A DNA stretch of 45,372 nucleotides. It comes from an uncultured Heliobacteriaceae bacterium. GTDB taxonomy: Bacteria > Acidobacteriota > Blastocatellia > RBC074. Of the stretch, positions 1-10,539 are shown in pieces. Under the pieces are notes generated by a model. It saw only the letters and a program-made list of their open reading frames with translations. It was not told the origin of the DNA and searched no databases. Location: assembly GCA_964493645.1 (NCBI GenBank), contig CAZBPH010000004.1, positions 1 through 45,372 on the forward strand, given 5' to 3'. Made by a program: the position numbers and the translations under genes. Numbering within the stretch: the stretch's first letter is position 1; each line of letters begins with the position of its first letter.

Positions 1-162
1 AGGGGAGAGAACCCATACAAAGGCGGTCGGCTACTGAAGGAAGAAGTCAGCAGCCAGGCAACCTATGAGATCAAAGGGAACGAAGGCTTCGTCCGTGCGA
101 AAGTGATCGATTCGAACGGCAAAGCCGCATGGACGCAACCCGTCATGGTTGGGAAATCCTGA
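1..162 (+). CDS. 3' end of an unidentified CDS that begins upstream of the window
   Basis: Frame 1 is open from base 1 to the TGA at 160-162 (...NEGFVRAKVIDSNGKAAWTQPVMVGKS*). It is absent from the ORF track only because it has no start in the window. 53 aa is too little to assign a family. Confidence 0.45.
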   Translation, partial: RGENPYKGGRLLKEEVSSQATYEIKGNEGFVRAKVIDSNGKAAWTQPVMVGKS

Positions 163-176
163 TCCGTGGTCGGTTA

Positions 177-1553
177 TCAGGCAAGAATCGAATCAAGAAA
201 TTCGTTCCTGAATTTGCCTTTCGGATCGTATTGACGTAACAGTTGCTGGAAATCTGCAAACCTTTCATAGCGGGCTCTCAGTTGCGGCGGGGGAATCGTA
301 AAAAGCTTTCCCCAGTGAGGACGTGCGCCGAATTGCGACAGTTGTTCTTCGACAATTGGAATCAGCTTCATGACTGCATCTGTATTCTGTTTCCAGGTGA
401 AATGAATGGAGACGCTGGGCCTCTTGTAACTTGTGCTCAACCATAGATCGTCAGCGGCAATGGTGCGGACTTCAGAGATGAAAAGGTCCTGGATCCATTT
501 ATCACCCAGATTGTTTATGGCCTTGAGAGCCGCAAAAGCATTACGGTGTGGAACGAAATACTCCGCCTGCAATTCCTTGCCGCTGCTCGGCGTAAAATTC
601 ATGCGGAAGTGCGGCAGGCGTTCGTGCCAGGGGCCGGGGATCCCCATCTGCTCTGTACAATTTTCCGCAGACAGCTCAGCTATCGGATGCAGATTCCGTT
701 TGGCCGGCGTTGCGCCATAAAGTTCCGATTTGGCTGCGACCGGCTTCCCGTCCGTGACACGGCTCTTGACCCATACCTCACTGACGTTGTTCTTCTGCCA
801 GTCCGTAAAAAGGCTGACGCTGTAGCCGCTCGACATGATAGAGTCAAAATTCTTTTCCAGTTCGCCGAAGGGCAGATTCTCATAGACGTGTTGCTGAACC
901 TGGAAGGTAGGCTGAATATCGAGCGTCACCCTGGTCACGACGCCCAGCCCGCCCAAGCCCACAACAGCGCCCAGGAATTGTTCGTCATCTTTTTCTTTCG
1001 ATAGTGTGACCACCTCGCCAGACGCAGTGACAAATTCAAGTGCTGAAACCGCTGTCGCCAGATTTCCATTCTTTACGCCGGAACCATGCGTTGCGGTGGC
1101 GATAGAACCCGCGACCGAAATATGCGGCAGGGAGGCCAGATTGTGTAAGGCATAACCTTTGTCTTGCAGGTATTCCCCCAGCGTCCCATAGCGAATGCCA
1201 GACTCGACGGTAACAGTCATTTTGACCGAATCCAGTGCGATGACCTTGTTAAGATTCTTCGTCGAAAGCAGGTTATGCGGAGAATCAGCAATTTTGTTGA
1301 AGCAATGTTGAGAACCCAAAGCCCTCAGCTTGTCAGCTTTCATAACAAATGCCTGCACCTGTTCGACCGATTCGGGGTAAGTGACCTGATCGGTGCTGTA
1401 TTCCAGGTTTCCCGCCCAGTTTTTGAGCCTTGGGGTTTTCTGGCTGTCCGTTGGCGTGTCTGTCGTGGTCCCCTGATTGCAGCCGGTCAGCGGGGACAAT
1501 GTGGCGCCGGTAAGTGCGGCTGTGGATATTTTTAGAAACGTCCTTTTTTTCAT
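177..1553 (-). CDS. FAD-linked alditol / sugar-1,4-lactone oxidase family flavoprotein (PCMH-type FAD domain + ALO domain), predicted exported lipoprotein
   Basis: 458-aa ORF. LGSQHCFNKIADS resembles the covalent-FAD His motif of alditol/xylitol oxidases. SVAGSIATATHGSG is an FAD-binding segment, and RPHWGK is typical of the ALO C-terminal domain. The N-terminus MKKRTFLKISTAALTGATLSPLTGC combines a Tat-like KRxFLK with a lipobox LTGC. Confidence 0.85.
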   Translation of the reverse strand: MKKRTFLKISTAALTGATLSPLTGCNQGTTTDTPTDSQKTPRLKNWAGNLEYSTDQVTYPESVEQVQAFVMKADKLRALGSQHCFNKIADSPHNLLSTKNLNKVIALDSVKMTVTVESGIRYGTLGEYLQDKGYALHNLASLPHISVAGSIATATHGSGVKNGNLATAVSALEFVTASGEVVTLSKEKDDEQFLGAVVGLGGLGVVTRVTLDIQPTFQVQQHVYENLPFGELEKNFDSIMSSGYSVSLFTDWQKNNVSEVWVKSRVTDGKPVAAKSELYGATPAKRNLHPIAELSAENCTEQMGIPGPWHERLPHFRMNFTPSSGKELQAEYFVPHRNAFAALKAINNLGDKWIQDLFISEVRTIAADDLWLSTSYKRPSVSIHFTWKQNTDAVMKLIPIVEEQLSQFGARPHWGKLFTIPPPQLRARYERFADFQQLLRQYDPKGKFRNEFLDSILA

Positions 1554-1628
1554 GGTTCAGCACCTTTCTGGAAGTTGTTCGATAGTTTATAGTGCGAGAC
1601 ACAACAGCGTGGCGCAGTCTGCCGGTAC

Positions 1629-1657
1629 TTGCACCCGGCATTTGAAAATTCTACACT
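1629..1657 (+). promoter_or_regulatory. Candidate sigma70-type promoter for the 1730-5739 operon
   Basis: TTGCAC (1629-1634), a 17-nt spacer, then TACACT (1652-1657), about 70 nt upstream of the ATG at 1730. It lies in the divergent intergenic region. This is a motif match only. Confidence 0.3.
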
Positions 1658-1729
1658 TAGATTTCCGTCCGGCCCCCACCTCAACGGGTAAAATCTCAAA
1701 ATTCTTTTCCTGGATAAGGAGATCCACAA

Positions 1730-2566
1730 ATGCTATCCCGATCACTTTTCCGCACAGTTCAAGTATTTATGTTGTTCGCTCTGATTCTCGCCGCAAGTGC
1801 GGAATCGCAGGCCCAATTCGGCAAGCTCAAGAGCAAGATACCGGGGATGGGCTCAAAGAGCGAGGTCGACAATATCCTCTCGCAAATGGACAGCGCTCGG
1901 GTCAAATCCGCCTACGCCCGGATCACACTGAGTCTGGCCGATGATGTTATTCGCCGCCAGGCATTGCGCAATACTGCCAGGAAGAGCGCAGAAGGGCAGA
2001 TTGAAAAGGATCAGAAAGAGATTGAAGCGCTCGATCGCTCGATTATGGAAAAGAAGAAACTGCTGGCCGAGCTCGGGCGCCAGTCAGGCGGCAACAAATA
2101 TGACGAGAAGACCTCCGAGGAGGTCGATAGACAGCTTAAATCCGAAGAGCAGCAGCGAGCCGACAAGCGTGCGATGGTCGATCAGGAGATAAAAGAGAAA
2201 GAGAGCAAAGACAAGGAACTGAGCAAGCAGGACCGCGAAAATTACGGCAAGCTTGCGCGATTGCTGTACGGCGCAGCCAAACAGGAGCAGGCTGCGATCG
2301 AGACGGCGCGTGACGTCAAACCTCGTGCCGAGTCCGCGGCTTCGGGCACCAAAAATAATCCGCTCAGCCTCGTTTCGACCCAGCCACGGAAGCTGAACGA
2401 AGGTCTGAAAGGTGTCAATGATATTCTGACCGAAGGGCCGCAGAACGTGGCAACACTGACCAGCGTCGCCGGTCGATTAGCCAAAATCGGCGGTGTCGAT
2501 CTGACCGATTCAAAATACCAGTCGAAGGTCGTCACCGACGAGGATGAAATCCCGACGGATTGGTAG
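1730..2566 (+). CDS. Secreted K/E-rich coiled-coil protein, function unknown
   Basis: 278-aa ORF. The signal peptide is MLSRSLFRTVQVFMLFALILAASAESQA. A long charged heptad-like region follows (EKDQKEIEALDRSIMEKKKLLAELG..., EEQQRADKRAMVDQEIKEKESKDKELSKQ). It is the first gene of a co-directional four-gene set. Confidence 0.7.
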   Translation: MLSRSLFRTVQVFMLFALILAASAESQAQFGKLKSKIPGMGSKSEVDNILSQMDSARVKSAYARITLSLADDVIRRQALRNTARKSAEGQIEKDQKEIEALDRSIMEKKKLLAELGRQSGGNKYDEKTSEEVDRQLKSEEQQRADKRAMVDQEIKEKESKDKELSKQDRENYGKLARLLYGAAKQEQAAIETARDVKPRAESAASGTKNNPLSLVSTQPRKLNEGLKGVNDILTEGPQNVATLTSVAGRLAKIGGVDLTDSKYQSKVVTDEDEIPTDW

Positions 2567-2609
2567 ATTTTATGTCAGCATTTATGATTCTCACCTTTTG
2601 GGCAATATT

Positions 2610-3488
2610 ATGATCAATCACAAATCAATCAGTCTGCTCGCGTGCCTGTTGATGCTGATCGCAGGTTCAGCAGGTGTCAACGCCGATGATTTGCCCGAAG
2701 CGCCGACAGTCGGCGTCAGGTATTTTCGCATCACTTCGGTAACTGACAGCGAATATCGTGGCGATGCAAAATCGCTGGCCGCCAGTTTGCGGATCGCTCT
2801 GGACAATTCCAAGGGGTTCAAGCAGGTCGTCACACTCGACGATGAGCAGGTCGAACAGATAACCAAACTGATCGCCGATTCAAAGAAGGGGGCGTTCAAG
2901 CAGCAGTTGCCGGGAAACCTGGCAGAGGCGCCGGACGCCTACATCTTCCCTGAGCTTTTACGCGTCGGCGCGGTCGAGCGTGATAAGTTCTCGCGCATCG
3001 AGGTCACCTACACGATCGAGATGGGAGCATCCGCGGTTGATCCGATAACCCGTGCGATCCTCTTCAGCGACAAGGTGATGATCAGTGAGAAACACAACAG
3101 GACCGATCAGCGCGGCGGCGCAAAGAACTTATACGAAGACCTTGTCTCGAAAGCGGTCGATAGGCTGGCTGCGAAACTCGCCGCATTCTTCCTCAAGCGC
3201 GGACGCATCCTGCGAGTTGCCGATGACAAATTGACCGTCTACATTAACCTCGGCTCGCGCCACGGCATCAAGCCGGGTGACCGTTTCAGTGTCCACACGA
3301 CCGCGAAGGAAGGGGCGCAGGCGGTTGGCGAGACAGCCGAGGAGGAGGGGCTGGCCGAATTCGATCTCGACTCTAAAGGCTCGATCGAAATCACTGAGGT
3401 GCGCGAGAATGTCGCCAGGGCAAAGATCGACGGCTCTCCCAGTGGTCCAATCCTGAAGGGCGATTCGGTCAGATGGGTCAGGAAATAA
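2610..3488 (+). CDS. Secreted protein, function unknown (N-terminal CsgG/LpoB-like beta-alpha pattern, tentative)
   Basis: The track ORF is 2544-3488. I prefer the ATG at 2610 because the signal peptide MINHKSISLLACLLMLIAGSAGVNA starts there, and the 2544 ATG abuts its only SD-like GAGG with no spacer. VGVRYFRITS...SLAASLRIALDNSKGFKQVV resembles periplasmic scaffold folds, and the C-terminal part looks like a small beta-barrel. No family is verified. Confidence 0.65.
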   Translation: MINHKSISLLACLLMLIAGSAGVNADDLPEAPTVGVRYFRITSVTDSEYRGDAKSLAASLRIALDNSKGFKQVVTLDDEQVEQITKLIADSKKGAFKQQLPGNLAEAPDAYIFPELLRVGAVERDKFSRIEVTYTIEMGASAVDPITRAILFSDKVMISEKHNRTDQRGGAKNLYEDLVSKAVDRLAAKLAAFFLKRGRILRVADDKLTVYINLGSRHGIKPGDRFSVHTTAKEGAQAVGETAEEEGLAEFDLDSKGSIEITEVRENVARAKIDGSPSGPILKGDSVRWVRK

Positions 3489-4215
3489 TGAAAACTAACA
3501 GGATCGGTTTCATACTTATTATTTTGTTGTGCCTGGCGACAGCGGTCGGGGCGCAAACACAACGCAAGGTCATACGGGTCTTTCTCGACATCCGCGAGAC
3601 GAACATCGACAAGCCTTCGACCGTTGCAATCAATATCCTGACAGAGCGACTTAATGTCGAGGGATTTCGCGTTACGACCAATCGCAAGGATGCCCCACTG
3701 AGCATCGAAGGGACGATCGGGGCACGCTCAACGCCTGTCACCGATGATGTGAAGAAAGAGGGCGGCGTGAATGCGGAAGCATCGGCTTCATTGCGACTCA
3801 TGGTTGCGGGCGAAGTTATTGCGACCAGTGTCGAGAGGACAGCGCCCGGCGATTGGAGTGTTCAACTCGAGCGGGTCGGAGAAGACAGGCTGATCGAGGT
3901 CGCCGGATTGATTGCCGATGATCTGATCGGGGATGAGATAGTAAAGGAAGTTCTTAACAGCGCTCAATCTGCCCCTGCCTCAAAGGATCGGCCCAATATC
4001 AGGACTGCGCGCAGGGCGAGCCCGAAGAAAACCGGCGTCAGTTTTCTGGGTGTCGTCAAGATGGTCCAAAACTTTGTGCCTGAGGACAGGGTTGTGGCCG
4101 CACTGCGTAAATACGGTATCAAGTTCAAGCCCCGCGAATCGGCCCTCGCACAGTTGCGCGGCTTTGGAGCTTCCGAAAGCCTGATCAGCGCGATCAAGGG
4201 TTCGAGTGTAAATTC

Positions 4216-4219
<4 letters not shown>
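3488..4219 (+). CDS. Secreted protein, function unknown (same N-terminal pattern as the preceding gene)
   Basis: The ATG at 3488 overlaps the upstream TAA (TAATG at 3486-3490). The signal peptide is MKTNRIGFILIILLCLATAVGAQ. KVIRVFLDIRE...AINILTERLNVEGFRVTT parallels the upstream protein. The stop overlaps the kinase start (ATGA at 4216-4219). Confidence 0.65.
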
Positions 4220-5739
<1,520 letters not shown>

Positions 5740-5827
5740 CACATGCGTCCCATACGTATCATCATATTAATACCCCAAAATTCACTCCTACGGCCGGAGC
5801 AATTACAAAATTAGTCAGACATCCTTG

Positions 5828-5878
5828 TCGTAATGTAAATAGTCCTTGACAAAACATCAAGGATAGCTTACATTGCGA
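5828..5878 (+). promoter_or_regulatory. Nested palindrome enclosing a sigma70-like promoter; candidate operator for the downstream XRE regulator
   Basis: The outer arms are TCGTAATGTAA (5828-5838) and TTACATTGCGA (5868-5878), with 10 of 11 positions complementary. The inner arms TCCTTGA (5843-5849) and TCAAGGA (5857-5863) are perfect. TTGACA (5846-5851), a 17-nt spacer and TACATT (5869-5874) lie inside the palindrome. Confidence 0.4.
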
Positions 5879-6020
5879 TTGAGTCAGTAGAGATGGATTA
5901 TACGGAATTCCTGGAGCGCAGGCTTCCAGCCTGGATCACATCTTTTATAAGACTTAAAAGCAGTCTGGAAGTGTGCGCTCCCGGGTCCTGTGTCAATTAT
6001 ATTTTGAAGGCGAGACGTCA

Positions 6021-6407
6021 ATGACAAAACAAGAAACAAAACCTCATTTGAGCCTGGCTGTGGCGATCGCGGCGCTGATTTTGAGCATTATCTTTATCTC
6101 GTGGCTGTTGAAGAAGCAGGAATTCAGCGTGCCGATTCGCCTGGGAATGGCGCTGGTTCCGGTGGCGATTTACGTCTATTGTCTGGTTGGTTACCTGCGG
6201 CTGATCCGGTTGGCTGATGAGCTGCAGCGGCGTATCCACCTTGAAGCCTTGGCGATTGCCTTTCCGAGTTCGGTGGTCGCGGTCTTCGCGTCTGAGTATT
6301 TGCGGAAGGCCGGGTTCATCGATCAAATCAAACCTGATTATGTGCTGATGTCGATGCTGACGCTGTGGGCGCTGGGCTTTTTCATTGCGTGGAGGCGTTA
6401 CCAATGA
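6021..6407 (+). CDS. Small integral membrane protein (about 4 TM helices), function unknown
   Basis: The track ORF starts at a GTG at 5973. I prefer the ATG at 6021, which is preceded by GAAGG. The product MTKQETKPHLSLAVAIAALILSIIFISWLL... has several hydrophobic helices. Its stop overlaps the next start (ATGA at 6404-6407). Confidence 0.7.
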   Translation: MTKQETKPHLSLAVAIAALILSIIFISWLLKKQEFSVPIRLGMALVPVAIYVYCLVGYLRLIRLADELQRRIHLEALAIAFPSSVVAVFASEYLRKAGFIDQIKPDYVLMSMLTLWALGFFIAWRRYQ

Positions 6408-6601
6408 AGAACAGGTTGAAGGTGATCCGCGCCGAACGCAACTGGTCGCAGGCCGAGTTGGCCGAGAAACTAGACGTTTCACGGCAGACTATCAACGCGA
6501 TTGAGACGGGTAAGTACGACCCGAGTCTGCCCCTGGCCTTCAAAGTCGCGAGGCTGGTGGGTTTGAAGATTGAGGATATTTTTCTGCCCGATGAAGATTA
6601 G
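6404..6601 (+). CDS. XRE-family helix-turn-helix transcriptional regulator (about 65 aa)
   Basis: MKNRLKVIRAERNWSQAELAEKLDVSRQTINAIETGKYDPSLPLAFKVARLVGLKIEDIF is a textbook short HTH_3/XRE protein. I trimmed the track ORF (6365) to the Met that overlaps the upstream stop. Confidence 0.9.
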   Translation: MKNRLKVIRAERNWSQAELAEKLDVSRQTINAIETGKYDPSLPLAFKVARLVGLKIEDIFLPDED

Positions 6602-6635
6602 GCGAGAATTGTCCACATCAAAAATCCAAAGTCGT

Positions 6636-8144
6636 TTAATTCTTCTTAATGGCCGGTTGGCGGAATGACCTTTCGATCATATCGTTCGGGTCAGTCGAAA
6701 CCGGCCCATCACGCCAAAGCCAGCGCATCATCTCCGGCATTATCGCGCCTCCGAACTTTTGACCGTGCAGATTCATGCCCCACGAGTAGTTGACGTCATA
6801 ACCCTTTTGGGTGAGAGCCTTCATGAGCCGGACATTCTGATAGAACCAGTCGCGTTTCTCGTCGTAAACACCGTTTCGGACTCCGCGATTATCATTCCGA
6901 CCGTCACACAAATAGATCCTGATGGGTTTTTTCTCGCTTGCCAGCACTCGTTCTGGATAGACATGCCCGCCCCGTAGATTCACGAAACTGCCGACGTTGC
7001 TCAACACTTTTCTGAAATGATCGGGACGTTCCCAGGCGACTGTGAAAGCTGCGATTGCGCCCGAACTCGATCCCCCGATTCCATGCATCTCGGGGTCCTT
7101 CGAAATGTTGTACTCCTTATATAGAACCGGGAGCAGCTCTTCAGTGATCACACGTGCATACTTGTCATCGAGCGTGTTGTATTCGGTCGGTCGGTTCGTC
7201 GTGCGATCGCCCCAGTTCTGTGGCGTTGGCTCGGGCTGCTCCGGCGTTCGTCCCGGATTGATGAATACTCCGATCATAACCGGTATCTCGCGCCGGTAGA
7301 TCAGATTGTCCATGACATTCTGCGCGCGAATGTCACCGGTTTCATCCTTGAATGCCTGACCGTCCTGGTAGACCATCAGGGCGGCCGGAACCGCCCGGTC
7401 ATATTGCGCCGGAACGTAGACCCAATACGTATGCTGAGTTCCAGGATAGACGTTGCTCGGAAGCGTGTATGGCCCGCGGATCTCGCCTTTCGGGACGCCT
7501 TCCTGCGCCAGAGAATCAGGTCCGAGCCGGTATTGAGAATTCGGGTTGGGACCTGGCGGCATCGGTTGCTGGCCGCCGCTTCTTGCGCTTTGCTGCCCGG
7601 TTCCTGGCTGCGCCTGAGCCGCAGTGGCAGTTTGCAGCGTGTAAGCGAACTCGTAATAATGCTTGCCGTCAGCAATCCTGATGCTCATCCTGCCCGCCAG
7701 CCCGGCCAGCTCGTCAGTGCCTGAATCGGGGACGACCGTGAGCGTCAGTTGCTGCTCGCCGCGCTTCATGGTGCCGCTGTGCTGAAGCATGAAACTGCCT
7801 TTGCGGCCATGCAGCATCCCGATGACCTTCTCGATGGCGACATATCCGGCCGAGTCCTTGACCGAAGTCATGGCGGTCAGCATCTGACCTTCGCCCGTCC
7901 CCGTCAGATCACCGTAAAACTGCTTGTTGATGAGCATTCTGCCGCGAGTCGTGTCCCCGGATTTGTCGTCCTGCGGGTTCAACTTTACGTCGAATGTCCC
8001 GGCAGCGCGTGTCGTCGCGCCACTTTCACTCTGCGCCGCTTTGAGAGAATTTGAATGGTATTGTGTCTTTATCGGGATGTCGGCCCCTAAGGCTACACAA
8101 AACCCGACGATAAAGCTGACTCGCATCATTGAACTGTTTTTCAT
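6636..8144 (-). CDS. Secreted DUF3224-like domain fused to an alpha/beta-hydrolase 'putative esterase' (enterochelin-esterase-like) domain
   Basis: 502 aa with a signal peptide. The N-terminal about 140 aa ([10 protein letters not shown]...[10 protein letters not shown]...[10 protein letters not shown]...) match my memory of DUF3224. A Q/P/G-rich linker follows. The esterase domain has WVYVPAQYD, the GxSxG elbow [13 protein letters not shown], and a C-terminal HG. Confidence 0.8.
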   Translation of the reverse strand: MKNSSMMRVSFIVGFCVALGADIPIKTQYHSNSLKAAQSESGATTRAAGTFDVKLNPQDDKSGDTTRGRMLINKQFYGDLTGTGEGQMLTAMTSVKDSAGYVAIEKVIGMLHGRKGSFMLQHSGTMKRGEQQLTLTVVPDSGTDELAGLAGRMSIRIADGKHYYEFAYTLQTATAAQAQPGTGQQSARSGGQQPMPPGPNPNSQYRLGPDSLAQEGVPKGEIRGPYTLPSNVYPGTQHTYWVYVPAQYDRAVPAALMVYQDGQAFKDETGDIRAQNVMDNLIYRREIPVMIGVFINPGRTPEQPEPTPQNWGDRTTNRPTEYNTLDDKYARVITEELLPVLYKEYNISKDPEMHGIGGSSSGAIAAFTVAWERPDHFRKVLSNVGSFVNLRGGHVYPERVLASEKKPIRIYLCDGRNDNRGVRNGVYDEKRDWFYQNVRLMKALTQKGYDVNYSWGMNLHGQKFGGAIMPEMMRWLWRDGPVSTDPNDMIERSFRQPAIKKN

Positions 8145-8477
8145 ATTCTTTTTCCACCCAGCCTTAATTGATATACCAGCCCGTTCCCCTCGGAGCAGTA
8201 TGGAACCGGGCGCAGTTTATCAGGATTCAACTCAATAATTCCAGCCAGTGGTAATCCAGGGGCTGATTGAGTGCCCGAAAACATTTACGGTAGCTGTAGA
8301 AGTCAGGTATATAAGGTGTAATAAATTGAAGAATGCGCGAAATAAATGTCCAATACTCTTCAGGTGAATGAAATGTTGAAGAATGTTCTGGTACGGCGTG
8401 CTTGTCAGGGAGTACATGAACGAACCGCTCATTCTGGCTCCAACGGCCTCGACCGATTTTGTCATAGAGGAAACAGC

Positions 8478-10478
8478 ATGTACTCAAAATATGTTTTGTC
8501 ATTTGCGGGTGTTGCTCTTGCAGTCTTCGGGTTTACAGGTTTTGGCTCGCTATCGAACCTTCCAGTTGAGTCAGTTCAGCAGCCCAACCTGGGCGACAGC
8601 AAGATAACGAAATTGACGGTCGATAAGCTTGTCTTCAAGGATCTGAACAGGAACGGCCGGCTTGATGTTTATGAAGACTGGCGACAACGATCGGAGACGC
8701 GGGCAACAGACCTGGTCGCGCAGATGACGCTCGAAGAAAAAGCCGGCGCGATGATGCACGGCACGGCTCGTTCTGACGGTCAAATGGGAGTGATCGGAGC
8801 AGGGAATGGATACGACCTCAATCAGGCCAGAGCAATGATTCAGGTCGCAAAAGTCAATAGTTTCATCACTCGTTTGCAAGCGAATCCAGAAAAACTGGCT
8901 GAAGAGAACAACAAACTGCAGCGTCTTGCTGAAGAGACACGCCTCGGAATTCCGGTCACGATCAGCACGGATCCGCGTCATCACTTCCAGTACACTCCCG
9001 GCGCGAGTGTGACATCGAAGGGCTTTTCGCAATGGCCTGAACCACTGGGACTGGCAGCAACGGGCGATGCCGGGCTGGTTCACCGATTCGGCGAGATCGC
9101 AAGACGGGAATATCGGGCAGTCGGTATTCTGGAAGCGCTGTCTCCACAAGCGGACCTGGCGACTGAACCGCGCTGGAGCCGCATTAACGGAACGTTCGGT
9201 GAAGATGCAGAGTTGACGAAGAAACTGGTGCAGGCATATGTCACCGGCTTTCAAAATGGCGCAAAGGGCATCAACCGTGACAGCGTCATTACCGTGGTCA
9301 AGCACTGGGTCGGATATGGAGCGCAAAAAGACGGTTACGACGGCCACTCGGCGTACGGTAAAGTCGCCGTCTTCCCAAAAAATAATTTCAACTATCACAT
9401 AATTCCATTTACCGGCGCATTCGCCGCGCAGGTTGGCGGGGTTATGCCAACATACCCGATTCTGCAAAACGTCACGTTGAACGGCAAAGAGCTAGAGCAG
9501 GTGGGAGCCGGATTCAACAGGCAGTTGCTGACCGAATTGCTGCGTGTACAATACGGATTCAAAGGCGTCATCCTGAGCGACTGGGCGATCACGAATGATT
9601 GTACTGGGACTTGTGTGGAAGGCGTCGCTCCGGGCCGGCGGCCTGACTTTTCAAATGTCGGCATGCCCTGGGGCGTTGAGAATCTGTCACGTGCGGAACG
9701 CTTCATCAGGGCCGTTGACGCCGGCCTTGACCAGTTTGGCGGTACCGAGGACTCGCGCATCCTGATCGAAGCTGTCAAAGCGGGAAAGCTCAGTGAAGCA
9801 CGGCTTGGCGAATCGGCCTATCGCATCATGTTGCAAAAGTTCCAGCAGGGGCTGTTTGAGAACCCTTTTGTTGATGCGAATAAAGCGGCCACGATCGTCG
9901 GAAATGCCGCCTTCATGAAAGAAGCGATGCAGGCGCAGTCGCGTTCGCTTGTCCTGCTTGAAAATAAAAATAGAACACTGCCGCTCAGCAACAAGGTGAA
10001 GAAGCTATATCTATACAAAATCGATCCACATGTTGCACGAGATTACGGCTTCACTGTCGTCGACAATCCTGAACAGGCAGATCTGGCGCTTATCCGCGCG
10101 GTCGCTCCGTTCGAGACTTTACATCCGGGATACACATTCGGCGCGCGTCAACACGAAGGTGATCTGAGCTTTTACGATGGCAATCCCGATTATGAAGCGA
10201 TCAAGACTGCCAGTTCGAAGACGCCGACCGTCGTGACCATCTATCTGGATCGCCCTGCCATTCTGACTAATGTGAGGGATAAAGTTGTCGCCCTGCTCGG
10301 CAATTTCGGCGTCAGCGACATTGCGCTTTTCGACGTCCTGACCGGGAAAGCGGCTCCGCGTGGCAGGTTGCCCTTTGAACTGCCGTCTTCGATGGAAGCC
10401 GTTCGCGCTCAAAAAGAAGACACACCCTACGACTCAGGAAACCCCTTGTACAAAATCAGATTCGGGCTGTCATATTGA
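8478..10478 (+). CDS. Glycoside hydrolase family 3 (beta-glucosidase/beta-xylosidase-like), secreted
   Basis: The track ORF starts at 8346. I prefer the ATG at 8478, with GAGGA 7 nt upstream and the signal peptide MYSKYVLSFAGVALAVFGF. GH3 hallmarks are present, including KHWVGYG and the nucleophile motif GVILSDW. Confidence 0.9.
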   Translation: MYSKYVLSFAGVALAVFGFTGFGSLSNLPVESVQQPNLGDSKITKLTVDKLVFKDLNRNGRLDVYEDWRQRSETRATDLVAQMTLEEKAGAMMHGTARSDGQMGVIGAGNGYDLNQARAMIQVAKVNSFITRLQANPEKLAEENNKLQRLAEETRLGIPVTISTDPRHHFQYTPGASVTSKGFSQWPEPLGLAATGDAGLVHRFGEIARREYRAVGILEALSPQADLATEPRWSRINGTFGEDAELTKKLVQAYVTGFQNGAKGINRDSVITVVKHWVGYGAQKDGYDGHSAYGKVAVFPKNNFNYHIIPFTGAFAAQVGGVMPTYPILQNVTLNGKELEQVGAGFNRQLLTELLRVQYGFKGVILSDWAITNDCTGTCVEGVAPGRRPDFSNVGMPWGVENLSRAERFIRAVDAGLDQFGGTEDSRILIEAVKAGKLSEARLGESAYRIMLQKFQQGLFENPFVDANKAATIVGNAAFMKEAMQAQSRSLVLLENKNRTLPLSNKVKKLYLYKIDPHVARDYGFTVVDNPEQADLALIRAVAPFETLHPGYTFGARQHEGDLSFYDGNPDYEAIKTASSKTPTVVTIYLDRPAILTNVRDKVVALLGNFGVSDIALFDVLTGKAAPRGRLPFELPSSMEAVRAQKEDTPYDSGNPLYKIRFGLSY

Positions 10479-10539
10479 GTTTGTCAGGGCGAAACATTTT
10501 CATTGCAGTAACAGACAATAAAGGGATTCCAATTCTGTT

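Noticed and set aside
6021-6601. The membrane-protein/XRE pair read as a toxin-antitoxin or abortive-infection module.
   Set aside because: The partner is a plain multi-pass membrane protein with no toxin-like motif. Short XRE regulators are commonly paired with small membrane proteins, and there is no mobile or defence context nearby.
8346-8477. N-terminal extensions of track ORFs: 8346 for GH3, 5973 for the membrane protein, 32551 for DUF1080, 28343 for propeller 2 and 2544 for the secreted protein.
   Set aside because: In each case a downstream Met starts a normal signal peptide or TM helix and has a better-placed SD-like sequence. The extensions add non-hydrophobic, Arg/Cys-rich sequence or overlap the upstream gene.
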